IMG/VR virus record: IMGVR_UViG_3300032303_001195
Coordinates: 1-64,000 of that record
Length of the DNA stretch: 64,000 nucleotides
Direction: 5' to 3' (one strand)
From: a virus
Lineage: Duplodnaviria > Caudoviricetes
Program-made: the position numbers and the translations under genes
In this document: in pieces, positions 44,172-55,308 of the stretch
Position numbering within the stretch: the stretch's first letter is position 1
How the letters are laid out: every line of letters starts with the position of its first letter
Notes under the pieces: generated by a model
Database searches by the model: none
The model's input: only the letters and a program-made list of their open reading frames with translations
What the model was told of the DNA's origin: nothing

Positions 44172-44203
44172 TACCCCTGGAGAAATCTGGGGGTATTCTT
44201 TTT
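44172..44203 (+). terminator. Intrinsic terminator
   Basis: TACCCC...GGGGTA stem plus T-tract. Confidence 0.7.
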
Positions 44204-44224
44204 GGTTTATGGTATCATATTAAT

Positions 44225-45616
44225 ATGGCTATTAAGATGCAACAGCGTAGAGGAACTACAGCTGAATGGAATGGTGTTGCTAGCACAGTAATATTGGCAG
44301 CAGGAGAAATTGGTTTTGTTACTTCAGGCGATGATGCTGGTAAGTTTAAGATTGGTGATGGAACAAAGACATGGAGTCAATTACCATTTTTTCAAAATGA
44401 AACAACACTTGGCTCAAATCTTCTTACAACATCTCCAGTAACAATTAGCCAAGATCCAGTAGGTGCTCAATATACAGTAGGATTTGATCAAACTGCACAA
44501 AATACTACAAATGATATCAGATATGCAAAATTAGAAGGAAATAATACTACTGCAACGACCTTTGTTGCAAAAACAACAACTTCGATACCGCTGACTGTTA
44601 AAGGAACTGGTGTTCAAACTGGAAATTTGCAGGAATGGCAATCATCTGGATCAACAACTCCATTAAGTAAAGTAGACTCAGCTGGTAATCTAACTGCAGC
44701 TACACTTGTCAGCAATGGAACTATTACAAGTACTGGCAATATTACTGCAGCAACAGCAACTGCATCAGCAGATAAACTTAGAGCAACAAATACAAGTGCA
44801 GATGCAAATGCATCAGATGCACCAATTGTTGCTGGAGATGTAGCTGGGGTACATATTGGAATTTCTAAAAATGGAATTGCAGCAGTAAATAATACAGGAA
44901 CTTCACCACTTAACGTTCAGCCATTTGGCGGCAATACCTTTATTAATAATGGTGCTGGTGGAAATGTTACTATTGGTACAGCTGGTACTTCAACTGTTAC
45001 TATAAGTGGCACTCAGGCAACTATTGGTACTAGCACTACTACAATAAGTTCTCAAACTATAAACATGGGAGATACAAGTGGTGGAGGACAAGCATATATT
45101 CTTGCAAATACTGTGGGGGTAGATGGAACTGCTTTAAACATAGGTACTTCAATGTCTACAAGCACTCTAAACATTGGACGAAGTGGAATTACTACTGCAA
45201 TACAAGGACCTACAACAATTGCTGGTACACTGTCTGCAACTAATAAAATTGGTTATACACAAACTTCAAATACTGTCACACAAGGAACAAGCAAAACAAC
45301 AGGTGTTACCTTAAATAACCTTTCTGGAACAATTACAACAGCTAATACAAGCTTGTCTGCCCTTGTTGTTGGTACATCACCAGCAATTACTTCTGGTGGC
45401 GTTGCGACATTTACTCTTACTAATTCATTTATTGCTGCAACAGATATTGTTTTAATTTCGGTAGTTAGTGGTACAGCTAACTCAGCTAACGCTGCAGCAT
45501 ATGCCGTATCAGCTGTACCAGCAACAGGTTCTGCCGCTATTTCTATTCGAAATATTACAGGTGGAGCACTAGCTGAAGCAGTTCAACTTAGATTTGTAGT
45601 AATTAAAACTACCTAA
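44225..45616 (+). CDS. Tail fibre/spike protein with Mtd/hyaluronidase-type N-terminal domain
   Basis: QRRGT.AEW...LAAGEIG...KFKIGDG...W..LP. Confidence 0.8.
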   Translation: MAIKMQQRRGTTAEWNGVASTVILAAGEIGFVTSGDDAGKFKIGDGTKTWSQLPFFQNETTLGSNLLTTSPVTISQDPVGAQYTVGFDQTAQNTTNDIRYAKLEGNNTTATTFVAKTTTSIPLTVKGTGVQTGNLQEWQSSGSTTPLSKVDSAGNLTAATLVSNGTITSTGNITAATATASADKLRATNTSADANASDAPIVAGDVAGVHIGISKNGIAAVNNTGTSPLNVQPFGGNTFINNGAGGNVTIGTAGTSTVTISGTQATIGTSTTTISSQTINMGDTSGGGQAYILANTVGVDGTALNIGTSMSTSTLNIGRSGITTAIQGPTTIAGTLSATNKIGYTQTSNTVTQGTSKTTGVTLNNLSGTITTANTSLSALVVGTSPAITSGGVATFTLTNSFIAATDIVLISVVSGTANSANAAAYAVSAVPATGSAAISIRNITGGALAEAVQLRFVVIKTT

Positions 45617-45649
45617 TGCTTACTATGCTAAAATAGATTGTGAAACATT

Positions 45650-48600
45650 ATGAAATCTCAATCTAACCTTTATGCAGATAGGATACTTCTAGAGCATCCT
45701 AATGCTATTTGGGCATTAGACGATACCGTTGATTTTTTATCACTTATTTATGGTGACAAAAGAAACTTATCTTTTACGAGTTTTTGGACTGTTTCTGGGG
45801 TAAGTCCATTAAGTGTAACCCTAGAAAATGCAAGTAATATACCTACAGTTCCATTTCCAGAAGACTATATAAATAAAATAGTAAACACTTCTTCTGGATC
45901 AATTTCTTTTGCTGGAAATAATCTTATTCAAAGATCATCTTTAAGTGAAGATTTAGAAAATATAACACTAAGTTTTTATACATACATTGAGGGATCTGTT
46001 GGTTCAAATACAAAAGCAAAACTAGGTTTTGACTATGGAGATTACTCAGTTAGACAAGAAATAGATATAGATGTTGCTAATACTTGGGTATTTATTTCTA
46101 AAACATTTGAGTTACCTAGTTACACATATTATCCAGATAATTATTTTGAACCATTTATTGGTTTTACAAATTTAAATAATTCTAATAAAAAGATCTATGT
46201 AAATGGAATTACTTTTGGTCAATTATCAGAAGAGTTTGCTCCAACATCTTTGGGTTCTATTTCAACTTTTACATACCCTTCAGATTTCCCAATTAATTTA
46301 GGTAGTACTGGAGTAGTTGCAAAAAAATATGGAAACTTTAAAACAGACCCACAAGTAAGCGATGGGGTATATGTTATCGAAAATGGTAAAATTTTAGCAA
46401 AAAATTCGGGAATACCGATGATCTATGGTGCTAAAAATGTTACTATGCTTAGTCCTAGTAGTTCTGAAAATCCATCACTAGTTTTACCTGGTTTTGGATT
46501 TCTTCATAACTCAGGCAAAAACAGAGATATGTCTATTGATTTTTGGTTAAGAATAAATCCACATACCTCAATTCCTAAGAAAATTTTTGGACCAATAGCT
46601 TCTAGTGATGGACTCTACGTTGATGGATCATTTTTAATTTGGAAAATTGGAAAATACTTTGGGTCATACTATGTTTCAGAATGGTATAGACCAATGCTTG
46701 TTAGCTTAATATACACAGCATCACATTCATCTGTAATGGTTAATGGAAAAGAAGTTATACTTTTAAATTTTGAATATGACGATAAAACTAATACAAATGA
46801 TTTAGATTTTCCAAAAAATAAATTTGAAGTAAATAATTCTGGAGCTACTATAAAAACCAAAAACTATAACTGGCTAGGTTTTTATTGTTATGAAGATATT
46901 TTTCAAATGGAGCTAGACTGTGTTGGTATTTATTCATATGAAATTCCGTCCACATTATCCAAAAGAAGATGGGCATATGGACAAGCAGTTGAATTTCCAG
47001 AAGGTATTATTTCAGATAATGGAGGAACATCAACTGTAGTAGATTTTCCATCTGCAAATTATGTAAATAATTTTAACTACCCAGCACAAAATAAATGGGA
47101 ACATGGAATTATGGATGCAGTTGCATCTATCAATGACACACTATCTTCTACAGCTTATTCAGCACCAGAAGTCTACTTTGATAATAAAACAGAAGTTGAA
47201 TGGCAAGCCACGATACAGGATACTAAAAATATTTGTTTAGTACCGACTCCAGACTGGGAAAATACAAACGGATATATAACATTTGGAAAGTTAAGATCTT
47301 TTAGAGATAATATCGTTTCTATTTATGGAGTTTTTCAAATACCAATTAACTTAACCTCTACACAAATTCTTTTTAAGTTATTTGATGAAAATACAGGCAG
47401 CTATCTACAATCAACCATTGACTCAACTGGTAGTCAGTTACAATATGACTTTTATTCTGCATATACTGATCTTCACACTACTTGGTCTTATGACAATATA
47501 TCTGATATAGATTTAAGAGGTACAAGCATTAATGCAGGTATATGTTTTAATTCTTTAACTACTACTGATGGAAACCAACAAGAGTTAGCAAACTTTATTA
47601 ATAATAAACAAAGACTTTCTGTTTATGTTGGTGGAAATGAACTTTTTACAAATACATTTACTGGAGTTATTGAAAATTTCTCATTCGTAAATAATAGAAA
47701 TTTCTTAGAGTTAGACGGATCTCCATTTATTAATTCTGCAGGATTCTTTTTTAACAATATCCAGTACAATAGCTCAATACTAATTTATGATGGTGGATCA
47801 TATAATACAAGTACCTGGGATTTTGATGTAGATGGAGGTAGTCCAGAAACTACATATATTTATAATGACTCAGCTTCACCAACATCAGTTCCAGAAACAT
47901 ATACAGTAATTGATGGTGAGAATTTCAATACAGAAAGTCTATCTATTGTAGATGGTGGAAGTTATAATACAACATCTTGGACATCTATTTATGATGCTGG
48001 AACTCCAGTATTACAAATTTCTGGCGGTATGTTAAACAATAGCCTAATGGATCGCTATGCAACATACTCATTATTTGGAAAATCATACCTAGAAAGTTTT
48101 GAATTATCTATTGCATCTAATGGATATTGGGAAGACTATATTCCACTGAAATCGTTAGCTAAAAAAATAAATGATTCTACTTATGATCTGTCTTATCTTC
48201 AGTTCAATGTTGGTTATCCAAAACCAGTAAAATATCTTTCATCTACTGCATATGACACTACAAAGTCTTCTGTAAGAACATATATAAGCTTTCAACAAAA
48301 CAATGCAAACAGAAATCTTGTTTTTACCACAACAGTAGAGCCAAAGATTCAGGGTCTTCATAATATCAATAACACAATGATTCAGTCAGATAAAAGATTT
48401 GAGGTTGTTGATGGTGACGTAATTAATATAGTTGACTTAACAACACAAGAAATTGAAAATCTTTATCTCGTTATTCATGTTGAACTTAATAGTCCAGATA
48501 TTTTAACTAGACCAATTAGAATAAAGAGTCTACAAATTGCAGGTAAAACAAATACAGTTAATACAGCTAATCCAATTGGAACAAAATTTGGATCAAATAT

Positions 48601-49336
48601 TTATCAGTATGAGCAAGATTCTAATTTAGTAAATGTTAATGCAAATCCATTTACAATTGGAAAACAAATGACTCCATACCTATATTTGACAAGATCTAGT
48701 GGAATTAAGTCAGTCTCAGGAAATCTGGAAACATCTGGACTTGCTGTGCCTGTCAATACAAATAAAGATACTGAGTATAAGTTGTCTTCTTTTGTTGCAT
48801 CTATAAGATATGACGAAAACTATTTTCCAAATAAAGAAAGTAAAATTGCAACAATTAAATATGCAACAGATTATGTTGACTTTTATATTAGTCCATATAA
48901 CTCAAAATTAACTCGTGCAAAAATTTATGCAAAGTTAAGAAGCACTGGAGCATCCTTTACTAATTTGCAATATTTTATTAATGGAAGACTTGTTTCTAAT
49001 CCAGTGATAAATGTTTATGAGTGGAACAACTTCGGGGTATTGTTTAACTCCCCAATAAACATGTATAATTCATCTGATGATATGTTTATTGCTTTTGTAA
49101 ATAAGTTTACTTTCAATAATGTTGTTTGCTATAAGTCTCTTGCTTATATCTCTAGTAATGAAGGAATGGATCTTACATATTATTATGGAGTTTCTCCAAA
49201 TAGAACAAATAATTTATTGATTAGACCAAAGAAAGTTGTAATTGAAGATAAAGGAACTCCATTATCTGCCAATTCTTACTCATTAAGATACTATAAGGAC
49301 ATCTCAACTACCACAAAAACCCTGACTCCTGCATAA
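45650..49336 (+). CDS. Large virion structural protein
   Basis: 1228 aa, beta-rich, with internal DGG repeats. Lies in the structural operon. Confidence 0.7.
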   Translation: MKSQSNLYADRILLEHPNAIWALDDTVDFLSLIYGDKRNLSFTSFWTVSGVSPLSVTLENASNIPTVPFPEDYINKIVNTSSGSISFAGNNLIQRSSLSEDLENITLSFYTYIEGSVGSNTKAKLGFDYGDYSVRQEIDIDVANTWVFISKTFELPSYTYYPDNYFEPFIGFTNLNNSNKKIYVNGITFGQLSEEFAPTSLGSISTFTYPSDFPINLGSTGVVAKKYGNFKTDPQVSDGVYVIENGKILAKNSGIPMIYGAKNVTMLSPSSSENPSLVLPGFGFLHNSGKNRDMSIDFWLRINPHTSIPKKIFGPIASSDGLYVDGSFLIWKIGKYFGSYYVSEWYRPMLVSLIYTASHSSVMVNGKEVILLNFEYDDKTNTNDLDFPKNKFEVNNSGATIKTKNYNWLGFYCYEDIFQMELDCVGIYSYEIPSTLSKRRWAYGQAVEFPEGIISDNGGTSTVVDFPSANYVNNFNYPAQNKWEHGIMDAVASINDTLSSTAYSAPEVYFDNKTEVEWQATIQDTKNICLVPTPDWENTNGYITFGKLRSFRDNIVSIYGVFQIPINLTSTQILFKLFDENTGSYLQSTIDSTGSQLQYDFYSAYTDLHTTWSYDNISDIDLRGTSINAGICFNSLTTTDGNQQELANFINNKQRLSVYVGGNELFTNTFTGVIENFSFVNNRNFLELDGSPFINSAGFFFNNIQYNSSILIYDGGSYNTSTWDFDVDGGSPETTYIYNDSASPTSVPETYTVIDGENFNTESLSIVDGGSYNTTSWTSIYDAGTPVLQISGGMLNNSLMDRYATYSLFGKSYLESFELSIASNGYWEDYIPLKSLAKKINDSTYDLSYLQFNVGYPKPVKYLSSTAYDTTKSSVRTYISFQQNNANRNLVFTTTVEPKIQGLHNINNTMIQSDKRFEVVDGDVINIVDLTTQEIENLYLVIHVELNSPDILTRPIRIKSLQIAGKTNTVNTANPIGTKFGSNIYQYEQDSNLVNVNANPFTIGKQMTPYLYLTRSSGIKSVSGNLETSGLAVPVNTNKDTEYKLSSFVASIRYDENYFPNKESKIATIKYATDYVDFYISPYNSKLTRAKIYAKLRSTGASFTNLQYFINGRLVSNPVINVYEWNNFGVLFNSPINMYNSSDDMFIAFVNKFTFNNVVCYKSLAYISSNEGMDLTYYYGVSPNRTNNLLIRPKKVVIEDKGTPLSANSYSLRYYKDISTTTKTLTPA

Positions 49337-49354
49337 TATGGTATACTAGTGTTC

Positions 49355-49723
49355 ATGGAAAAGATTATGAAGGGTCAAATTGGTGAAACCAAGATCCAAT
49401 TTGTTAATGATAACCTTACAAATGCTGGTGTTTATGTATGGAAAAAGTCTAATGGTAAGTTTTTTACCGATAATGATAATAATGTTTTAAACATTCCATC
49501 AATGCGTGGCGATCAATCTAAGATTGCAGAACTTAAAAAGGCAGCAGCTTATTACGGTGAACCTGACGGTGAAGCCGTATTTTTTGAGGGTACTGCAAGA
49601 ATCTCAGATGAAGAATATTCAGAACAAAAGGACCGTATGTCACAAGGTCTAATCCCATCCATGAATGACCTTGGTGCAGTTATTGCAGCCAAGAAGACCT
49701 TGGAGATGTATGGCGATGAATGA
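49355..49723 (+). CDS. Hypothetical protein upstream of portal
   Basis: Leaderless promoter TGGTATACT. Confidence 0.75.
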   Translation: MEKIMKGQIGETKIQFVNDNLTNAGVYVWKKSNGKFFTDNDNNVLNIPSMRGDQSKIAELKKAAAYYGEPDGEAVFFEGTARISDEEYSEQKDRMSQGLIPSMNDLGAVIAAKKTLEMYGDE

Positions 49724-51314
49724 GATAACTAAGATTGCAATTCCAATTAGAGATGATTCATATCTTGATCAAGATGTTGTTGTAAATAATGATCCATTTA
49801 CAAAAACGTGGGATGAAATTAAGAACTATTCTGGGATAGACCCAAACTTTAAACGTCGTGAATCTCGCATGGAAAAAGCAGCAATGACTGATGCTTACAT
49901 GGATTCTGCAAGTGCAATTGATTCTGGTCGTGAAGATGCAAAATCAAAGAAACTAAATCCAGGAGCCGTATATCGTAATGCCTACGGTATTTTTGATATC
50001 ATTACGCCACCATATGATGTATATCAGCTTGCTGGATACTACGATACTTCATTTGCTAACCACGCAGCCATTGATGCTAAGGTGGAAAACATTGTTGGTC
50101 TTGGATATGACTTTGTTGTTGCAGATAGAACTCTAATGCGTCTTGAAGCAGAAGAGGATTCAGAAAAGGTTACTCGTGCTCGTAAGCGCATTGAGCGAGC
50201 AAAGATCGAGCTACGTGATTGGATGGAAAGTCTTAATTCAGATGATAGCTTTACCACTACAATGGAAAAAGTTTATACAGATGTTCAAGCAACAGGTAAC
50301 GGCTACATTGAAGTAGGTCGTACAGTAAACGGACAGATTGGTTATATTGGTCACATTCCTGCCACTACTGTTCGAGTTCGTCGTTTGCATGATGGTTTTG
50401 TTCAGATCATTGCAAATAAGGTTGTTTACTTCCGTAATTTCGGGGCAACTAATGCAAACCCAGTAACACAAGATCCACGTCCTAATGAGATTATTCACAT
50501 TAAGGATTACTCTCCTCTAAATACTTTTTATGGTGTTCCAGATGTTATTTCTGCAATGCCCTCTTTGATCGGTGATGGATTTGCATCACAGTACAACATA
50601 GACTACTTCCAAAATAAGGCTGTCCCTCGTTACATTGTTACATTAAAGGGAGCACAGCTGTCACAGGAGGCTGAAGACAAGCTGTTTAGATTCCTTCAGA
50701 CAGGAATGAAGAGCCAGAACCACCGTACACTTTATATCCCACTCCCAGGTGATTCTGATATGAATAAGGTTGAGTTTAAGATGGAGCCAATTGAGGCAGG
50801 TGTTCAGGAAGGATCATTCCACCAATACCGTCAACAGGTTCGTGATGATATCCTTATTGCACACCAGGTTCCACTTTCAAAGCTTGGTGGTGGAGAAGCT
50901 GCAAACATTGCTGCAGCACTTGCACAGGACCGTACATTTAAGGAACAGGTTGCAAGACCTGCACAGCGTAATCTTGAAAAGATTCTTAACAAGATCATTC
51001 GTGAAAAAACAGATGTTCTTGAGCTTAAGTTTAATGAGCTTACTCTTACAGATGAACTTGCACAATCTCAGATTATGACTAACTACGTTAAGAATCAGAT
51101 TATGTCTCCTAACGAAGTCCGTGATGCACTTAATTTACCACAGCGTCCAGACAGCGATAAGATGATTGTTCCAACACCAAGACAGGCAACTGATGCAAAT
51201 GCGAATAATGAACAGAATAGAACTCGTGATGCTGAACGCCAGCAAAACCAAGCTGATAATACTGCTACCACCTCTGGAAGAAATCCAAAAGGTGAAGGCA
51301 GATCATCATCTTAA
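49716..51314 (+). CDS. Portal protein
   Basis: TGNGYIEV, HIPATTVR, EIIHIK.YSP...YGVP, YFQNKAVP, MSPNEVR. Confidence 0.9.
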   Translation: MNEITKIAIPIRDDSYLDQDVVVNNDPFTKTWDEIKNYSGIDPNFKRRESRMEKAAMTDAYMDSASAIDSGREDAKSKKLNPGAVYRNAYGIFDIITPPYDVYQLAGYYDTSFANHAAIDAKVENIVGLGYDFVVADRTLMRLEAEEDSEKVTRARKRIERAKIELRDWMESLNSDDSFTTTMEKVYTDVQATGNGYIEVGRTVNGQIGYIGHIPATTVRVRRLHDGFVQIIANKVVYFRNFGATNANPVTQDPRPNEIIHIKDYSPLNTFYGVPDVISAMPSLIGDGFASQYNIDYFQNKAVPRYIVTLKGAQLSQEAEDKLFRFLQTGMKSQNHRTLYIPLPGDSDMNKVEFKMEPIEAGVQEGSFHQYRQQVRDDILIAHQVPLSKLGGGEAANIAAALAQDRTFKEQVARPAQRNLEKILNKIIREKTDVLELKFNELTLTDELAQSQIMTNYVKNQIMSPNEVRDALNLPQRPDSDKMIVPTPRQATDANANNEQNRTRDAERQQNQADNTATTSGRNPKGEGRSSS

Positions 51315-51377
51315 AAATAGTGTATAATTATAACAAAATAGTAACTTTTTACAAAAAGGCAATATAATTAGATTAGT

Positions 51378-52667
51378 ATGACTATTCAAAAAGCACGTTG
51401 GGAATCTGAAGGCGACAATGTTCGTCTTTCAATGCCGTTCAGTAAAGTAGATCAAGAGAGACGTCTTGTCTCTGGTTTTGCTACTTTAGACAACATCGAT
51501 AAGCAGTCCGATGTGGTTACAACAGAAGCATCTTTAAAAGCGTTTGCTAAATTCCGTGGCAATATTCGTGAAATGCACCAACCAATGGCGGTAGGTAAGA
51601 TGGTTAACTTTAAAGAAGACAAGTACTTTGACCCAGAGACAAAGAAGTTCTATAATGGTGTATTTGTTTCTGCTTATGTTTCAAAGGGTGCTCAGAATAC
51701 CTGGGAAAAGGTTCTTGATGGAACACTTTCAGGTTTCTCCATTGGTGGAAAGATGAACAAGTGGGATGATGGTTATGACGAAAAGATGGATACATCAATT
51801 CGTATTATTAAAGACTATGACTTAGTTGAACTTTCACTTGTTGATAATCCTGCTAATCAATTTGCAAACGTTATCTCTATTGAGAAGAATCAGGCTGGTG
51901 ATACAGTAGTAAAGGGAGAGGTCGCAGATCTTAAAATTGAAAATGTATTTTGGGATAAAGAATCTGGACTAGTTATGGTTTCAGATAATGAAGTTGAAGT
52001 TAGCCCAACAAGTGGTATTCCAATGCAGAACATTGGTTTTGTTGAAAAGTCAGATTCTGACAAAGTAGACATGATTAAATTCTTGGTTAATAGTGCTAAA
52101 GGCATTAAGAATACTGAGATTAACAAGGAGGATAATATGACAGATGAAACAACAAATGTTGAAGAAGTCGAAATCGCTCCAGAGGCAGATGCCGCAATTG
52201 AAGAGGTTGTCGAAGAAACTACAGAGGTCATAGAGGCTGATGTAGAAAAGGCAACTAATGATGTTGTACCAGCAAAGCCTGAGTCAGAGGATGAAATGTC
52301 AACCGATGACGAGCAGGAAGATGCTGAAGAGGATATGAAGCCAGTTTCAAAGTCAGACGAGGAAATTGTGGAAACAATTACTGACATGAAAAATACTCTT
52401 ACATCAGCCTTTAGCGATATGGCAACAATGGTTAAGTCACTTAGCGATGAAGTTGCTGCACTAAAGAAGTCACTTGGATATGTCAACGAGGTTCTCGGGG
52501 ATGCAGAAAAGGACTTTAACAATCTTGGAAAGCGTATCGATGCAGTAGAAGCAGATACAGCTTTCCGCAAGTCTGGCGATCTAGGCGAGATCGTACAGGA
52601 ACCAGCAATGGTTGAAAAATCAGTATGGGGCGGACGTTTCCTCACAAATGCCGATCTACTGAAATAA
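51378..52667 (+). CDS. Prohead protease fused to scaffold
   Basis: RLVSGFA, REMH, GFSIGG, ELSLVDNPAN, then an acidic coiled-coil C-half with an internal start at 52137. Confidence 0.9.
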   Translation: MTIQKARWESEGDNVRLSMPFSKVDQERRLVSGFATLDNIDKQSDVVTTEASLKAFAKFRGNIREMHQPMAVGKMVNFKEDKYFDPETKKFYNGVFVSAYVSKGAQNTWEKVLDGTLSGFSIGGKMNKWDDGYDEKMDTSIRIIKDYDLVELSLVDNPANQFANVISIEKNQAGDTVVKGEVADLKIENVFWDKESGLVMVSDNEVEVSPTSGIPMQNIGFVEKSDSDKVDMIKFLVNSAKGIKNTEINKEDNMTDETTNVEEVEIAPEADAAIEEVVEETTEVIEADVEKATNDVVPAKPESEDEMSTDDEQEDAEEDMKPVSKSDEEIVETITDMKNTLTSAFSDMATMVKSLSDEVAALKKSLGYVNEVLGDAEKDFNNLGKRIDAVEADTAFRKSGDLGEIVQEPAMVEKSVWGGRFLTNADLLK

Positions 52668-52697
52668 AAAATAAAAAATCACTTGGAGGTGAAATAT

Positions 52698-53810
52698 ATG
52701 TCAGAAGAAATCATTAAGAATATCCCTGGAACAGGCGGAGCGTTTCCTAACTCAGACGGTCAGTTTGCTGCAGGTGGTATCGGTGGTGTAGCAGATCCTG
52801 CTTTTGCTTTTGTTGGTAACAATGTACCAGGCGAAGCAAACTATGGATCAACAGAAGGTATTAACGCTGTTAACCCTTCCTACACCGATAGCCCTAACTA
52901 CCCAGGTGCTGGTATCCTGCGTCCCGAACAAGCTCGTCGTTTTATCGACTACATTTGGGATGCGACAACCCTCGCTAACGATGGACGTCGCGTTACGATG
53001 CGAGCCAACACAATGGAGCTAGAGAAGGTTAACGTTGGTGAGCGTGTTGTTCGTGCTGCAAATCAGGGCGACCCATCATTCACTAACGCAGGAGCAACCT
53101 TTACTAAGGTTGAACTCACAACAAAGAAGCTACGTCTCGACTGGGAAGTCTCAGCCGAAGCTCTCGAAGACAATATTGAAGGAGGTGCTCTTGAGGACCA
53201 CTTGGTTCGTCTCATGACCACCGCTTTCGGTAACGACATCGAGGACCTTGCCATCAATGGTCTTGGTTCAGGCTCAGGCGATGACTTCCTTGGTATTATG
53301 CAGGGTTTTGTTGATCGTGTCCAGAACGATGGATTCGCTCACGAAGCTACTGTTGACCAAGGAGATGCTAACTGGACAGTACACGATATGCAGAAGCTAG
53401 TTCTAGCTATGCCACGTCGTTACCGTGCGCTCCAGACAGGACTTAAGTTCTATGCTGGAACAGACACATTTGCTAACATTGTCAAGAACAACGGTACAGT
53501 CTTTGACTCTATCGGTTCAACTGAGGCTGCTCGTGGTTCATACCTCGGCGGTGTCGATCAGACAGTTGGCGGTGCTCGTCAAACTCGCGTTCTCGGTATT
53601 CCAGTGCTTGAAGTTCCTTACTACCCTGCGGATTACGTAGACCTTACGTTCCCACAGAACCGTATCTGGGGCTTCCAGCGTGACATTACTGTCAACCGCT
53701 TCTACGTTCCCAAGAAGGACACCATTGAGTACACTGTATTCGTACGCTTTGGTATCAACTGGGAAGAGCAGGATGCTATCGCTTACGCGACAAAGCCAGC
53801 TCAGTCCTAA
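52698..53810 (+). CDS. Major capsid protein
   Basis: GILRPEQARRFIDY, EALEDNIEG, DIEDLAING. GGAGGTG RBS, and follows the protease. Confidence 0.9.
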   Translation: MSEEIIKNIPGTGGAFPNSDGQFAAGGIGGVADPAFAFVGNNVPGEANYGSTEGINAVNPSYTDSPNYPGAGILRPEQARRFIDYIWDATTLANDGRRVTMRANTMELEKVNVGERVVRAANQGDPSFTNAGATFTKVELTTKKLRLDWEVSAEALEDNIEGGALEDHLVRLMTTAFGNDIEDLAINGLGSGSGDDFLGIMQGFVDRVQNDGFAHEATVDQGDANWTVHDMQKLVLAMPRRYRALQTGLKFYAGTDTFANIVKNNGTVFDSIGSTEAARGSYLGGVDQTVGGARQTRVLGIPVLEVPYYPADYVDLTFPQNRIWGFQRDITVNRFYVPKKDTIEYTVFVRFGINWEEQDAIAYATKPAQS

Positions 53811-53824
53811 GTAGAACAATCTTG

Positions 53825-53862
53825 AGGGGGTGAGGACAATAGTCCTCGCCCCTTCTTTATTT
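53825..53862 (+). terminator. Intrinsic terminator after capsid gene
   Basis: GGGGTGAGGAC/GTCCTCGCCCC stem plus T-rich tail. Confidence 0.8.
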
Positions 53863-53896
53863 GTGTTGTATAATTAATTAAGGAGTTTGATATTTT

Positions 53897-54856
53897 ATGG
53901 AAGTTTTAAGAGTGCCACCATATCCCATTACAACTACATGGGATGTTCCAGAAGCGAACGCAGCTTACACACTTTATGTGGAGGATTTGGTTGATCACTC
54001 ATTTGAAACATCTACTGTAACATCAGATGCCAACTCAAAAATAACATATATTCTTCCAAGGTCTAAGGTTCAGTTTGATAGAGACTTTCTTTTTCGTGCA
54101 TATGAAGTAGATCTTAATGGTGAAATTGTTATAGATGAAAATCTAACAGTTTATAGACCATATGTAGATCCAAATATGCTTGGTACAACTGCATCAGAAA
54201 TTGCAGAATACAAAGAACTTGAAATTGTTGCTCGATCAATTATTGATACATTTCTTCAAGAAGGATCAGGTACTGGTGGAGCCTTTTATAACCACAAACT
54301 TATCATTCAGCAAGTAGGGCAGGGAACAGATTATTTTCCTCTTTGGCACAACACAAACCGTGTATTAAAGGTATATGAAAACAATGTACTAGTATTTGAT
54401 TATGAGACAAAGGCAGACTGGGAATTTCAGTACGCAGTAACTCTTGATAATACTAGTATTTATAGATATTCAACATCAGAACTAACTAATCCAGTAATTT
54501 CAGGATACAACAGATTAGAGTATAATCCAACAACACTTCCAGTTGCAATGGGAGATCTTGGATTCTACGGTAGAAGTGGATATGGAGTAGCATTTCCAAA
54601 AGGCTATGACTATATCTTTATTCTTGATGCTGGATATAAAGCTATACCACCAGATGTAGAGCTTGCAGCTAAATACTTGATTGAAGACATTAAGTGTGGA
54701 AACAATGAATACTGGAAGAGATTTATAACTCAATACAATACAGATCAGTTTAACATTAAGTTTGCCCCACAATTTTTGGAGGGAACTGGCAATATTATTG
54801 TAGATAAGATTCTTACTAACTATAAGGGTAATCTGCTTAAGCCAGGAATAATGTAA
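53897..54856 (+). CDS. Head-tail adaptor-like protein
   Basis: Position, and the GY..IPPDVELAA motif. Confidence 0.65.
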   Translation: MEVLRVPPYPITTTWDVPEANAAYTLYVEDLVDHSFETSTVTSDANSKITYILPRSKVQFDRDFLFRAYEVDLNGEIVIDENLTVYRPYVDPNMLGTTASEIAEYKELEIVARSIIDTFLQEGSGTGGAFYNHKLIIQQVGQGTDYFPLWHNTNRVLKVYENNVLVFDYETKADWEFQYAVTLDNTSIYRYSTSELTNPVISGYNRLEYNPTTLPVAMGDLGFYGRSGYGVAFPKGYDYIFILDAGYKAIPPDVELAAKYLIEDIKCGNNEYWKRFITQYNTDQFNIKFAPQFLEGTGNIIVDKILTNYKGNLLKPGIM

Positions 54857-55308
54857 TGAACATTGTATGTGAGAAAACAAACGTAATCTACCCACTTCTT
54901 GCAGATGTTTATTATCCAACTGTAGAACAAAGTGCCTATGGCGATACTCGTAAAACATGGATGCTTGATGCAACAATAGCTTGTTTTTTTGCACCAGCAG
55001 GTAGAAAATATCTACAAGAGGTCAGTACAAATCCAAACATTACAATTGATAATTCTTTAGTTGGACGAACAAGAAGTGATATAAGAATTTCTAGCAGAGC
55101 AGCAGCTACATCAATTACAAACATCATATTGACAAATATTCGTGACACTAATGGAAATCCAATCTATATTGAAACTGCTGGAGTCAGGGCAGGAAAGTCA
55201 ACAGTATTTGAAATAGCAACTAATGAGCCAATTGTAGGTGCTTTTGGAAAAGTAGAATACTATAAGGTAGTAATCAGAAGATCTGATAATCAGGCGGTAG
55301 ATGTATAA
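54856..55308 (+). CDS. Head closure/stopper-like protein
   Basis: Position and size. Confidence 0.55.
   Translation: MNIVCEKTNVIYPLLADVYYPTVEQSAYGDTRKTWMLDATIACFFAPAGRKYLQEVSTNPNITIDNSLVGRTRSDIRISSRAAATSITNIILTNIRDTNGNPIYIETAGVRAGKSTVFEIATNEPIVGAFGKVEYYKVVIRRSDNQAVDV

Noticed and set aside
51890-52645. Long antisense ORFs (also 22126-22761, 11919-12512, 54515-54994, 59836-60234)
   Set aside because: Shadows of well-supported genes on the opposite strand, with no RBS or motifs.
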